Shown piece by piece: positions 10,063-22,751 of a stretch of 64,000 bases of DNA. How positions within the stretch are numbered: position 1 is the first letter of the stretch; every line of letters starts with the position of its first letter. This DNA is from Vicugna vicugna (Eukaryota). The stretch covers positions 496,001 to 560,000 of the forward strand of contig MU057865.1 in assembly GCA_013265495.1 (NCBI GenBank), written 5' to 3'. Below the pieces are notes generated by a model that saw only the letters and a list, made by a program, of their open reading frames with translations, had not been told where the DNA came from and made no database searches. The translations under genes and the position numbers were made by a program.

Positions 10063-13006
10063 GTGTTAATTATATTTTTCACTTTCATCTTTTAAAGGTT
10101 ATTTAATGATGTAGGAAAATACTCATTCACATTATCCAATGAACAGAAATGAACACACAACAGCCAGGTTTCCAAATCTACTAGAAATTACAGATATCTG
10201 GATCATTAAAAGAATGGAAGGAAACATCTCCAAATATTTACCAAGATTACTTCTAGGCGATGAAACTGGAGGCCATTTTCTTCATTATCGCCACACTTTT
10301 TTGCATCTTGCAAATTTTTTTATGCGTCTAATCACTTTCACAATCTGAAAAGCCAACACATCACAACAGAAAGAACATTCATTTTGGAAAATATTTACAG
10401 GTTAAGAAATTCCAGGTAAAGCAGCAGCTCTTTCCACTGAAATGCCTTGCTCTTCATTCCGGTCCTCTCATTCTTTCCTCTCACATCTGCCTCTTAGGGT
10501 TGCCCTATTGGGCACCTACATAACTATTATTTTCAATAATCTTAGTGTGAGGGATAGATTGTTGCAGAAAATAGTGTCCCATCTCGCAAGCAGCTTTCCA
10601 GCTGCTCAAATCAGATTTGGGTTCGTACTCAGTTGGAATGCAGACAGATGTCAGAGAATCCTCTCTCAGGGCTGTGTCTGCCTTCAATCCACTGCTCATT
10701 TCCTGAATCATCTCTGCCTCTGGGGTTCACCGCCTATGCTCAGAGATCACCTCACTTGCGTTTGATGTGTTGGGACTATTTTTTTTTAAATGTCCTTATG
10801 AAATTCTATTTCCTTCTTTGTACACTCTCTGCTGATGTTGGCTTTTAGATCCCTATAGGAGTTGGTGCTGTTTCTTACAGTCTGACTTGCAGGTGAGCCT
10901 CCACACTTGCCCCTTGTTCTGAGCAAAAATGTCTGTGCTTGTGGGACCCAGAGGTCACCACACACGTGTTGATGGCATTCGTGCTCAGCCTCTCCCTTGA
11001 ATCCCAATTAGTTGGCTCTGAGCCCCATTCTTGAAGAGCTATTCCATTGATCCAGGAATCTCCACCATCAAAACAACTTCAGTCGTAGGACTTGGCTCAC
11101 AGGTGGAGGGGATAGGGCCTCAGTGGATGCCTGGTTCAAGGCTTGGAGTTTACTCCTGAAAGTTATTGCCTCTTAATTAGATTTGTGCTTTGTTATCAAG
11201 TCCATCCTCAACACTGAAATTCTTGATTTTGAAAAGATCACTGAGGATCGTTGTTCCTTGGAAAGGTGCTGGACCAGCCGTCTAGAGGTTGCTATGTCAT
11301 TTTCATTCTTTTGCTCTATTACCTGTCCATAGTGCACTTAAATATTTGCAGACAAAACAAAACTTTATATTCACAGGGTGCTGTGATGTTGATGATCATC
11401 TGCTCACTGTTTCTGTTTCTTTCTTTCTTTCATTTTTTTTGGCTTTCCATTTCATGAAAATAAGGTCTTATCACCAGAGTCTTGCATTCAAGGCTCTCAA
11501 AAAACTGATGCCGTCCTTCAGTCTCATTTTTCACTGTACCTCTTTCCTTATACCCCTGTGGATGAGTAATTTACCAGACTCATCACCATTTTATAACAAG
11601 GTCACGTACTTTTCAGTCTTATTCCCATGTTATGCTTAGTCCGAAATATCCTCCACCAAGATTCAGATTCTCAGAAGTCTTTCTTGTCCCTAACCGCATA
11701 TCAAGGAAATTCCTGTCTTTCAGCAGATCTCACCTTCCTTGGCACTACTGTGCCTGCAGACATTTTGGAAATGAATGAAAGAAAGAAAAGAAGAGAAACT
11801 TTAAGAAAAGTTTAAAAAACATTTAAAAAAACAACCTTCCTTATCTCTCTCTTTTTTTTTCCCAACCTTTGTATATATTGACCAGCCCATCAAGTTCTAT
11901 ATGGCAGGAAATGAATCAAACCACAAATATTGATCAAGAAGCATGTTTGCTGCTGATCAGAGATAACATTGCTTGTAAAAATGTGCGTTTTGGTCAATAT
12001 TTATTCCTTCTTAAAATTACACAATTATGTTTTCTTCTCTTAAACTCAATTTGTCCAATTTGCTATAATGCAGTTTCCTGTACCCAATGTATAATTTATT
12101 TATATGATTACTGTATCCTCTGTGGAAGCGTAAACTGATATAACTTTCTTTGAACAACATATCTGGGGCAGTTATGATGTGTTATTATCAGCGAAGGGAA
12201 ATATTTTGCTCATGAGTCACAAAAACAAATGTGAGCAAACAATTGCTTATTGTGATCAATTTTCATAAAGTAGTGGTAGCAAGGGCAGGCTGGGCAAAAT
12301 TTATGTTAGTCATATAACTAAATTTTCCCAATCTTAGACATAGTTAAAATCTAATCTTTGGTAATAAGATAGTAGTAGGTAACAGAGTAAAGGATTTTTA
12401 ACTTTTGTTTATTACCTAAGGCACATTATCAATCATTAACTGTTTCATTAAAAGCATATACGATTCATGTAGGTAAAAGAGATGCTAAATAAATACTTTG
12501 GTAAAAGTGAGTGTAGACAATACTTGCTTAGTGAGCATTTACAAGGTGTTTGGGGTTTGTAAAAAGCTGCACTCATTGCTGGGAACGATATAAATGAGCT
12601 AAGCCATCTCCCTGTAAGCTAATGGGAAAGACAAGATCTACACTGATGAACATACAGACCCTAAAATGACCATATAATGTGATGGCCATTTGTATGTGGT
12701 GTGCTTCACTTTCCTCATTTGAAAATGGTCAATACACTTTGTTGTTATTATTACCTCTATATTAAATAGAGATGAAAAGAAGTTCCAGGCCACTCTGGAT
12801 CTAGGAAATATGAGAAAGCTTTATGAAAGTGATTAAACTTGATTGGTCGTCAAAAATGGCTGGTGTATGTATGTGTGGAGAGGTAGCAAAAGAGCACGGC
12901 TGGACAGCTGGCTGCTGCCTGAGCAAGTGAAAATGGTAATTGAGTGTTAGACATACTGATGGGAGACCAGGCTTTTTTATTGGAAGAAATTAGAAATAAT
13001 ACTAGA

Positions 13007-14486
13007 TACAGAGCTACAGTAATCAAAACAGCATGGTATTGGCACAAAAACAGACATATGGACCAATGGAACAGAACAGACAGCGCAGAAATAAACCCAC
13101 ATGCTTGCAGTCAATTACTCTTTGACAAAGAAGGCAAGAATATACAATGGAGAAAAGACACTCTCTTCAGCAAATGATGTTGGGAAAGCTGGACAGTCAC
13201 ATGTGAATCAGTGAATTTAGACTATTCCTTCACTCCATACACAAAAACAAACTCAAAATGCCTTAAAGACTTAAACATAAGACAAGATACTATAAACCTC
13301 CTAGAAGAAAACATAGGCAAAACATTCTCTGACATAAACTTAGCAATGTTTCTCCCAGGGCAGTCTACCCAGGCAATAGAAATAAAGGCAAAAATAAACA
13401 AATGGGACCTAATTAAACTTATAAGCTTTTGCAGAGCAAATGAAACTATAAACAAAACAAAAAGACAACCTATGGAATGGGGAAAAAAATTTGCAAATAT
13501 TGCGACAGACAAGGGATTAATCTTCAGAACATACAAATAGCTCATACAACTTAGTAACAGAAAAGCAACCAACCAAATCCAAAAAGGGGCAGAAGACCTA
13601 AACAAGCAATTCTCCAATGAAGACATACAAATGGCCAACATGAAGAATGCTCAATATCGCTAATTATCAGAGTAGTGTAAATCAAACAACAAGGAGGTAA
13701 CACCTCACACCAGTCAGAATGGCCATCCACAAAGGATAAATGCTGGAGAGGGTGTGGAGAAAAGGGAACCCTCCTATAGTGTTAATGGGAATGTAGTTAT
13801 GTGCAGCCATTATGGAAAACAGTATGGAGATTTCTTAAAAAGTGCTTAAAAATAAACTTACTATATGATCCAGCAGTCCCACTCCTGAGGGTATATCCAG
13901 AGGGAACTCTAAATCAAAAAGATACATACACCCTAATGTTCACAGAAACACTATATACAATAGTCAAGACACAGAAACAACCTATATGTCCATCGACGGA
14001 CGACTGATAAAGAAGTTGTGGTATATTTATACCTGGAATACTACTCAGTCGTAAAAAATAAAATAATGCCGTTTCCAGCAACATGGATGGACCTGGAGAT
14101 TGTCATTCTAAGTGAAGTGAGCCAGAAAGAGAAAGAAAACTACTATATAATATTATTTATATGTAGAATTAAAAAAAAAAGACACAAATGAACTTAATCA
14201 CAAAACAGAAATAGACTCACAAACACAGAAAACAAACTTATGGTTGCCAGAGCAAGAAGAGATGGGAAGGGATAAATTGGGAGATTGAGATTTCCAGATA
14301 CTAACTACTATTTATAAAATAAACAAGATTCTACTGTGTAGCACAGGGAATTATATTCAATATCTTGTAACCTACAATGAAAAAGATTATGAAAATGAAT
14401 ATGTGTATGTATATATATGACTGAAACATTATGCTGCACACCAGAAACTGACACAGCATTGAAAACTGACTATAATTTAAAAAAAA
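13007..14486 (+). mobile_element. 5'-truncated L1 (ORF2 C-terminus, 3'UTR, polyA) with 15-bp TSD
   Basis: ORF2 peptides [32 protein letters not shown] and [30 protein letters not shown] (12992-13006) vs AGAAATATTACTAGA (14487-14501). Contains stops and frameshifts. Confidence 0.97.
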
Positions 14487-14899
14487 AGAAATATTACTAG
14501 AAATTTAGATTGGATCTAGTTGGTGGACTATCTTGTTAGGATAAAACAATAGAAAATAATAAAGATTTGGAGTCAGAAGAAATTATTTTCCATCACTTTC
14601 TCTGGATTTCAGTAAGTCACGTAGCTTTTTGTGATTCAGTTCCTTAATCTGCAACATGACACTGACATTGTGAAATAACTTTAATTTCCCTTGAGGATAG
14701 TAAAATCTGGACTGTGATTACTCCTATAATATATAGCAACTTACCTGGGGAGTCAACACTGCTAAATGCTTTACACTTGTGCTTTATAGTGTATTATAAA
14801 CTCTATGTGTTATACACATATTTTACCATAATAATCACTATTATCATTATTGTTAACAATATTTGTAAGTTGAGGAGGTGAAGTCATTCTGTAGCTAAT

Positions 14900-15840
14900 A
14901 AAGAACAAATGAATTTTTTTGACAATAGGTAAATGTCATAAGGAAATTAACATCAAAACAATATCGACCCTAAAATTCATTTGCATGTTATACTGAGGAA
15001 ATATTTATAACACATGGACAAAAGAATTCTTTCACTTACTGTAAAAGAAGGTCTTACCTTCTCCAAAAAAAAAAAAAAAAACTGGACAAAGGACATGGAT
15101 GGGAAATTCACAAAGAATTGAAACTTGAAAGTAACTGATGAACTTCTGAATTTATTAAAAAAAAACTTGTTTAATTTAATTTTTGCTTAATTTTTACAAA
15201 GGAATGTAAATGAAAGAAAGGTAAGTTTTTCTCAATTATTGTAAGGAATAACATCAAAAATGAGTCGTGCTTTTGGTGAGGATACAGGAAAATGGTACAT
15301 TGTAGTCAAGGTGAAATTTGGTTTATCTGTGGAAAAACAATTTGGCAATATTTATCAACATTTAGAATTTTCTTACCCTTTGATCCCAAATTACCATTTT
15401 AAGGAATTTATTATAAGAAATTAATTATAAATGCATAAGTGAAGATGAACTTTGTGGATGATCATCACTATATTATTTATAGGAAAAATTAGAAACAGAT
15501 TACATTTCAAAATAAGGGATTGTTAACTATACAATAATAAATCTATAGAAAGAAGTACATTACTATCATTTAAATTGTGTCATAATAATGTGTAATGATA
15601 TGGAAATATGCACACAGTATACAAAAGCACCTTCAAATCTAACTCTACTATCTCCATCTGTAAAATATAAATGTACAGGCATATATATGTATATATAGCT
15701 AGACACAGTCAATGAATGGAAATATGTTATTAGAGATCATTTCTAAATGACAGGATTACTTTTCTTTTATTTACTTTTTTTTGACCTATCTTTTTGAGGT
15801 TTCTTCTGCTGACCCTATATTCTGTAAAAATTTTAAAAAT
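14900..15840 (+). mobile_element. Highly degenerate ancient L1M(E) 3' region
   Basis: GGACAAAGGACATGGATGGGAAATTCACAAA, GGAAAAACAATTTGGCAATATTTATCAA and CCCTTTGATCCCAAATTACCATTTTAAGGAATTTA are typical old L1 ORF2 3' blocks. Confidence 0.6.
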
Positions 15841-16513
15841 AGTAAAAACTTTGTGTGCCTGGATTAGATTGCAGGCTGAAGCTCCGGAAGAGGACCATAA
15901 CCACCATGGCCAATCTCTTCATTGTGGCCGTGAGGGTGTGTGTGAAACTCTTGTGTCTTTTGACCTATGGTAAACTCAGGTTTATCATCTCTTGGTCTGT
16001 ATTTGATTTTCTGTCCTAATGAGGACTTCATCTAAATTTGAACAGTCAGTTTTTCAACTCTCTGACCATGCCTATTCAAAGGAAAAGTAGTATCACCAAG
16101 GATTATTTTGTGACAATTCTCTACACATTTCAAACTTCCATGACAATGTAAAACCCCACAGCACTAAGAGACATTATTCTCACCTTTTGACAATGCGATA
16201 GAAATTAACTCAATGACAAAAGTTGATCGCTCTGTTCTTATTGTCTTTATTTGTTCATTTGAATATCCAGTTCATACTGCTTCTTAGCCAGTTTGATCAA
16301 CTGTTCAAAGAATTAACGTTAGCAAAGTTCCAAACAATTGACCTCATACCACAATTGTTAAATGATTGTGTATAAACACAAGTACAATTTATAAAAGCCT
16401 TTTTTCAATTCCATTGTGGTACACAGAACAATAAAGGGATTTTTGAGGTCAGCATCCCTGATTCAGCCCCATCATTTCATAGATAAAAAGCATCTCCCAG
16501 GAAGGTTTAAAGA

Positions 16514-16705
16514 CTGTGGTGTGAGGAAATGTTTAACAAATGGTTCTCCAGGTGGGGGGACTTCCAATTTGTGCATTTGCCTTTTCCAGTGGTGTAAACA
16601 TTCTCACCCTTGTAGATTTTGAGATCCCAGTGTGAAGTCACTGAAGGCAGTTGGGAAGAGACGTGCACAATCAACTGTCTCAAGTCAGTATGAGCTAGCT
16701 GCTTC
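16514..16705 (-). mobile_element. MER63A-like hAT-Blackjack MITE
   Basis: GTGGTGTGAGGAAATGTTTAACAA...GTGGTGTAAACATTCTCACC...AGTTGGGAAGAGACGTGCACAATC. It is the reverse-complement counterpart of the copy at 48357. Confidence 0.75.
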
Positions 16706-18374
16706 TCAAACTGAAAAAGCACCTCTAACTGCTGCATATGGTGCTTACATCTCCTGTGCGGACCACGATGAGCTCCTTATCATTATCTCTTTCCACTTAA
16801 TGGATTGTGAAATTATTAAAGGGACAATGTCACGTTCATTTTTGTTTCTCCAGTGCTTCACACAATGTTGGGCACACAGTAATATTCATTGGAAAAAAAA
16901 AAAAGCCTTTGACTGAAATTACACCAGTCTTAGGTATACATGGGGAAGAATATATGGGCAAAGGATGTACTAAAGGATTTAATCTATATTTAAAATACAT
17001 ATGCATAGGCTATTTTGTGTATAATGGCTCAAGCATTAGCCTCGTTTAAGAAAATGCAGTAGGTACCAAATTCCATTTAATACGTGAAAACTTGATAGTG
17101 TTCTTATGAGGGAGAATTTGTCTTAGAAACATAAGCAAAATGAGATAAATATAAAAACATTATTGGTAAAAGAGAAATATTTTTGTGGCTAAAGCTAAAT
17201 GCCTGGGGGAAAAAGAAATTCAGTTTTCCAATATTAATAACTGGGCCACATCCTGCTATTGGTCTGTGTATATGAAAGTCAATGCAAAGATAAGGACCTT
17301 CATAGTTGATGGGGATAATTTTGAAGTATACACTCATTGACATGCAAAGAGCCAGGATACAATAAAAAGATTGTGGATGAGTAAACCTTGGATTCATCCA
17401 AAGTTCTAATTAATACTTTTCAAACTTTTAAAGGAAATGGGGGAGGGAGAAGTATATTATTTTATTCCCTATTCCTCCCAGGTTTACTAAAAAAAAGAGA
17501 AATCTGCAGCAAACAACTTTTAACGGTATATTATATTCCTAAAGCCTTTTTAATTTTGCAAAATCCTTTCATATTCACATTTTATTCTCATTTCAACCTG
17601 TGGGTAGAGGCCATGTAGGCGTTTTTTCCTCAATTTCTAACAGATGAAGAATGAGAACATGACCCTAGACTCTGACCGCTGTCTATGTTTTTTTAGAATA
17701 TATTTTCTCCCTGATGAGTGTGTGTGAGTATATGGATTTTTGCTTGGAAAGATGAAAGCGTAGAAAAATTAATCAGAGGACTTGATAAGATTATATTATC
17801 TGGTGAAAAAAATCCTATTTTTTTCTTACTTGTGCTTCTTCTGGTCCACGTTGACTCTCAACTTGGCAATCTAATGGGAAGTCTGCAGTGAAACAGTACA
17901 GTCAACAAGAGAAGACTTTCTGGTCTAGGTTTCTGGCTTAGAACTGTCATACTCCCTGTGGATTGCTTATTTCTTCAGTTGGCTGTGATACACTCTAAGA
18001 CTCCGTTTTGTAACACAGGACTTTACACAACCCCGTTTCAAAGCCCTCAAACAATATCTTGCTTTTAAAAAATTACTTTCAGGGACAAATTCCACAAATC
18101 TCTCCACTTCATTTTTTCCCCTATTTTCATCAGGCTTGAGTTTTAAAGACTTCCACATTCGTATTATGCAGAGGAACTGATATGCAACCCTCTTTCCTTA
18201 TTCATGTAACTTTAAGCTCTCACTGAATGCAAATTTAAAAACCAACATATTACCATTTGTTTAATCATACTCATATATTATTTTCCCTCACGGTTTTGGA
18301 AGCTGTGCTGGCATAGAGTGTCCAAGGGCAAGCTAGACTCCAAGAAAAATGTGGGTGGAGCCTGTAGGTGCATC

Positions 18375-18900
18375 TTAAGGATTATTTTGCTGCAAGGAAC
18401 AGAAGCCCACTAGTTCTGGCTCAAGTGAAAAGAAAATTTATTGAAAGGACATAACAGGTACTGTTGCAGCCAGGCAAGTTCCAGAAACTATGTCCTGCTC
18501 AGACACCCATGAAAGGACTGGAAGGGCCAAGGTATGAACAGAGGTTCCTCATGGAAGCACGTGGCTTCTGGGTTCTGTGCCTTTTGTGCACTTGAGCCAT
18601 TCTGTTTCTTCTCTCAGCTGGTTTATGCAGCTGACTCGTGGCCTGCCTGTTCCTCTTTAATTTTTCTCTGCCCTTGCCTTCCATTTGTCTTGCTGTCTTA
18701 CTCTAGCTCTAACAACATGACCCCCCAGTTTAAGAGCTAGCTGTCTTCTCGTTGACTGTTGTCTGAATTCTAACAAGATGTAGTCTCACTGCCCAGCATA
18801 GGGTGAATGGATATTCAACCAGGGCTAGAGCCACACGCTTGCCCTTTCCAGGCACTGAGCGTATGGAAAGTTCCTTAGGAAGGGGATGTGGGAAAAGAAG
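18375..18900 (-). mobile_element. Old MLT1(J-M)-like LTR remnant
   Basis: AGGATTATTTTGCTGCAAGGAACAGAAGCCCACTAGTTCTGGCTCAAGTGAAAAGAAAATTTATTGAAAGGA is typical of old MLT1 ends. The distal boundary is uncertain. Confidence 0.5.
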
Positions 18901-21117
18901 TGGTGATCTGGACATTTTAAGTCACCAGGATGAAAAGGATGAGAGCCAGAATTGGAACTCTTTGAAACTGTAATTTTCTTGAATGTACTGGAGTGAAGGG
19001 CATAAGTAGAGAAATGGTATCAATTAAGGATAAAGATAGCTTGCAAATTTATATTATTGTATTTTACCCATTAGGTGATGAGAATACATGGATGGGTTTT
19101 GTTTTGGGAATATGGTGTGCAAGAAATAGCCTATGAGACTTTTATGGGATAAATTCTATCCTAAGATGGGTAGAGATTTGGAACCACAGAGGAGAAAGTC
19201 ACTGTATATAGCTGGTATACAAAATGTGATTTCTATCTCCTCATGTGGGGACTTCTTGTGTGTTACCTTTCTGCCTTCACATGGCACAGGGTATCTCCTT
19301 CCCCTTCACTCTCCTCCATTGGACACAAATCACACAGCTATCCTATATGACTATAAACTGCTTGGGTCATTCGTCAGAATAGCACATATCACTCTTTTTA
19401 CATCATATTTATCTACATATTAACTGTGTCTCTTTTCCCCCAATAGAGTGTAAATTTCCTGAGTGTATTGTATTCCTCCCATCTTTGTGTCTTTCCCATC
19501 TTTGCATTTAGTACAGTTCCTGACATGTATCAGGCTCTCAATAAATGATGATTCTCTTTTGTGTTCAGAGGATGCCTTGTTTCCATTTGGAAGAATGGGT
19601 TTCAAATTGAAAAAAAGATCACCTTGTGATTAAGAGGAGATTAGACAAGAAGATAGCAAGAGGTAAACCTCATTCTGAAGGAGCCCACAGGCACAATCAC
19701 AGAATTTCTCACAGTGTAAATCTCGGGGTGCTGGTGGAGAGTGTGAGAGGTGGTGAAGGATGGCAGTGGGGAGAGATTGTCCTGAGGTCAAGGATGAGAA
19801 AGATACACATCTTTGGAATTGTGGACATCCAGCTTAGTTCAGCCCTGAGCTATCTTGTGGAAGACAGATGGGGTTTATTTATGTGGCTCCAGATGACAAA
19901 ACTAGCAGTTAGGAAGATGGAGTTAAAGGAGGTTGATTTCAACATTAAGTGAGGAAGAACTTTTAAGAAGTGGAGCTACCTGAAATGCGACTGGCTTTCA
20001 AAACAACTTTTATTAACAGAAAATGTTCAAACAGAGATTGTTTAAAAGAGATGACAGGGAGACACTTTTACTGGGTGGGAGGTTGTTCTAAACTCTAAGG
20101 AACTTTCCAAATCTAACATTTTATGGGGTTATGTTTATTGAGTTGAAATGAAGCCTTATGTGCCTTGAAAATGTAATTCACAAACACAGTGATGGCTATT
20201 CTCCTTTGGGGAAATTCACTAATCAGGCTGAATAGCTACTTCTTTGATGCATTTATGTGATTTTTCCCCCCTCACAAAAGTCAAGAAGAGACATAAAAAA
20301 AAAATAACGTTTTAAATCATCTTGTACCTAGAGAGAAATATTTCAGAGGAGGAAGAAATGACAAGCTTGTTAAGAGTGAGGAAGGCTCCCAAGAAGGTTA
20401 GCACGTATGAGTCATGCGTCTGGATCAGAAAGGGCCAGCTCAATAAGGCAAGCTTTGAAAAGGGCCATTGGTCCGATCCCCACGAGACAGGCTGTGGAAT
20501 GACTGATGCCAGTCGAATGTGACGTGGAAGGTTCTGTGCTGTGTGAGTGTGAGTGTGCCTGTGTATTTCAACGGTGGAAATGTCAAATCAAAACCGACGT
20601 CAGTCATCATGGTGTCAGTGTGGTGGAGACAGAGCTGACACGTAGCTAGGGACTGGGAGAACTGAAAGGTCTTTTTAAATGCTGAGAATTCATCTTAAGA
20701 GTATTGGCAAGCAAGAGAGGGTTTAAGGCACAGAGCATAATTCTAGGCATGTTTATGGTGGGAAAAGTTTCCACACTAATGTGGAAGAGTAACTGTTTGT
20801 CATAGTATCAAACACCTTCCCACAGACAAACTCCAGGTGGGGCTTGTCATTTTTAATTCATTTAACCCTCGTGGTATCCGACCCTTTCATTTCCTCTTTA
20901 CTGTTGACCATAGTTAGCCCTTTCACCTCAGACTTCCCCAAACTGATGGTTATCATTCCATGGAAGACCGTTTTTGCAATGCTCCTAAACCTCCTTTCCC
21001 ACAACGTAGAATTTACAAACCCTGAAAACATACCACATGTTTTTAAATCACCGCATCAGAAGTGAAAGTATGCGTATGTTTTTAGGTTTATCTCGCCTTG
21101 TCCCGTATTCTCCCCAG

Positions 21118-21254
21118 AGCTGTCCCCGATCATTCTTGTCCGCAGCTCTACCTGATCACGGACCTGCTGCGGCAGGAAAATGCAGCCCCTTCCAGAGGAA
21201 CGAAAAAACAGCGTAACCGTTCTTCTTCAGCGATTGTGTTGTGACATCAATAAA
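21118..21254 (+). other. Candidate terminal exon (CpG-rich; acceptor, short open frame, stop, AATAAA)
   Basis: Acceptors TTCTCCCCAG|21118 and TTCTTGTCCGCAG|21146. Frame ...LYLITDLLRQENAAPSRGTKKQRNRSSSAIVL ends at TGA 21242-21244, with AATAAA at 21249-21254. Peptide not recognised. Confidence 0.25.
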
Positions 21255-22628
21255 ACACGACGTGACTTTTGAGCGCAGCACAATTCTTATGATTATCCCG
21301 TACTCCTCTCCAATGTAACACTTTTGTAAAATTCCACATTAAATTTGAGCTCCATCAAAATAACCTGCTTTACAGTTTGCAACAAGGCTGCTGAATTTAA
21401 CGTATGCAGAACGAGGGAGAGACTGACAGCTTCTACTGGAGTCTCCATCTTACCGACTAGGCTTTGCCTGTGTCCTTGGGACTTGAGTCCCTCAAGGCAG
21501 GAGCTGTGACTTATTTGGCTCCTTTGGAACAGTACCTTCCACAGTGCTTAGCACGTACAAGGTGCTCATTTATTCATCCATTTTAGAAATATTTGTGAGC
21601 CTTAACTATGGCCAAGGCATTGTTCTAGTTTTGGGGCAACAATGGTAAAGAATGGGCCAGTTTGATTTCTGCTCTCCAAAGCAGGGAATGTAGCAGTCGG
21701 GGCTCAAAACTGACTTCAATTTGAATACTACACTAGTTTTGCCTCTTAGAAAATGTATGACCTAGAGAAATGTACTTAAACCTGTATTTTTTTTTTTAAA
21801 TCAGTAGAGAGGGGAATCTCATTGGTGGGGAGATCTTGGGGATTCATTGAATTAGTACCAAATACTTTTTTGACTGCCTGCCTTACAGTTTTTATATATA
21901 TATAATTTATTTATATGTATAAATAAATAATTTTCATGATTGTGGGGTTTACATTTCAGCTGAAGGATGGATAATTTTAAAACAACATGAAAACGTGGCA
22001 AGGGTTATGAGAAAGAAAATCTGGAGTAATGTGGAGCATCCCACAGAGGTACCTAATGTAGTCTGAAGGGCAAGGGAAGTGTCTGCAGGAAGTTGAGTTT
22101 GCTCTGAGACCTGCTCTGTTAACGTGCTGAGTGAATGCCAGCAGCAACTTTCCACTCCTGGTGGGACTACTACTGTTTGTGAGTTGCTCAGGTTTTTCAG
22201 TTTTTCTCTCTAATTCCTCTTCTGTTAGTAGCAGTGGTCCCCATCTTGACCTCCAATGCCCTTCCGAGGTTTCTGCTTAGCAGGTGATGTGCGCCGGATT
22301 CTGCTCTTGTGTGTTATTTAGCTGTTGCATGCTTTTCTCCCTTGATTTTAGTGAACAAAGCGGTTATAACCAAGAATGAGAGGTTCTGCATTACATTCTA
22401 CATGTGATGCGGGAAGGGCTGGAAACCGGGTACGGACAGGATAAGTGTCCCAGATCAGACCAAGGCAGAAGCAAAATTATGAAATAGGTGACATTTACCT
22501 TCGATGCTCATTATTTCTCTCTTAACCAGCAAGCACATCGATGGAACCAGTGACTCGTCACCCTGCATCTGTAAGATCTCGTCCATTACTGAGAAGAACA
22601 AACTAATTGATGAAAATATGGTGTTTAT

Positions 22629-22751
22629 GGGGTGAATATATATTACTATTGTACATACATTTTAAGAATGAAAGAGGTTGCTAATGGGTATTTCAGGACA
22701 ATAGGCATCATCCAAGACCATCTCGGGTAAATAAAGATGATGGACATCTTA
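22629..22751 (+). mobile_element. Degenerate MER81-like MITE
   Basis: GGGTGAATATATA...ACATTTTAAGAATGAAAGAGGTTGCTA...GGACAATAGGCAT...ATGGACATCTTA loosely follows recalled MER81. Confidence 0.45.
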
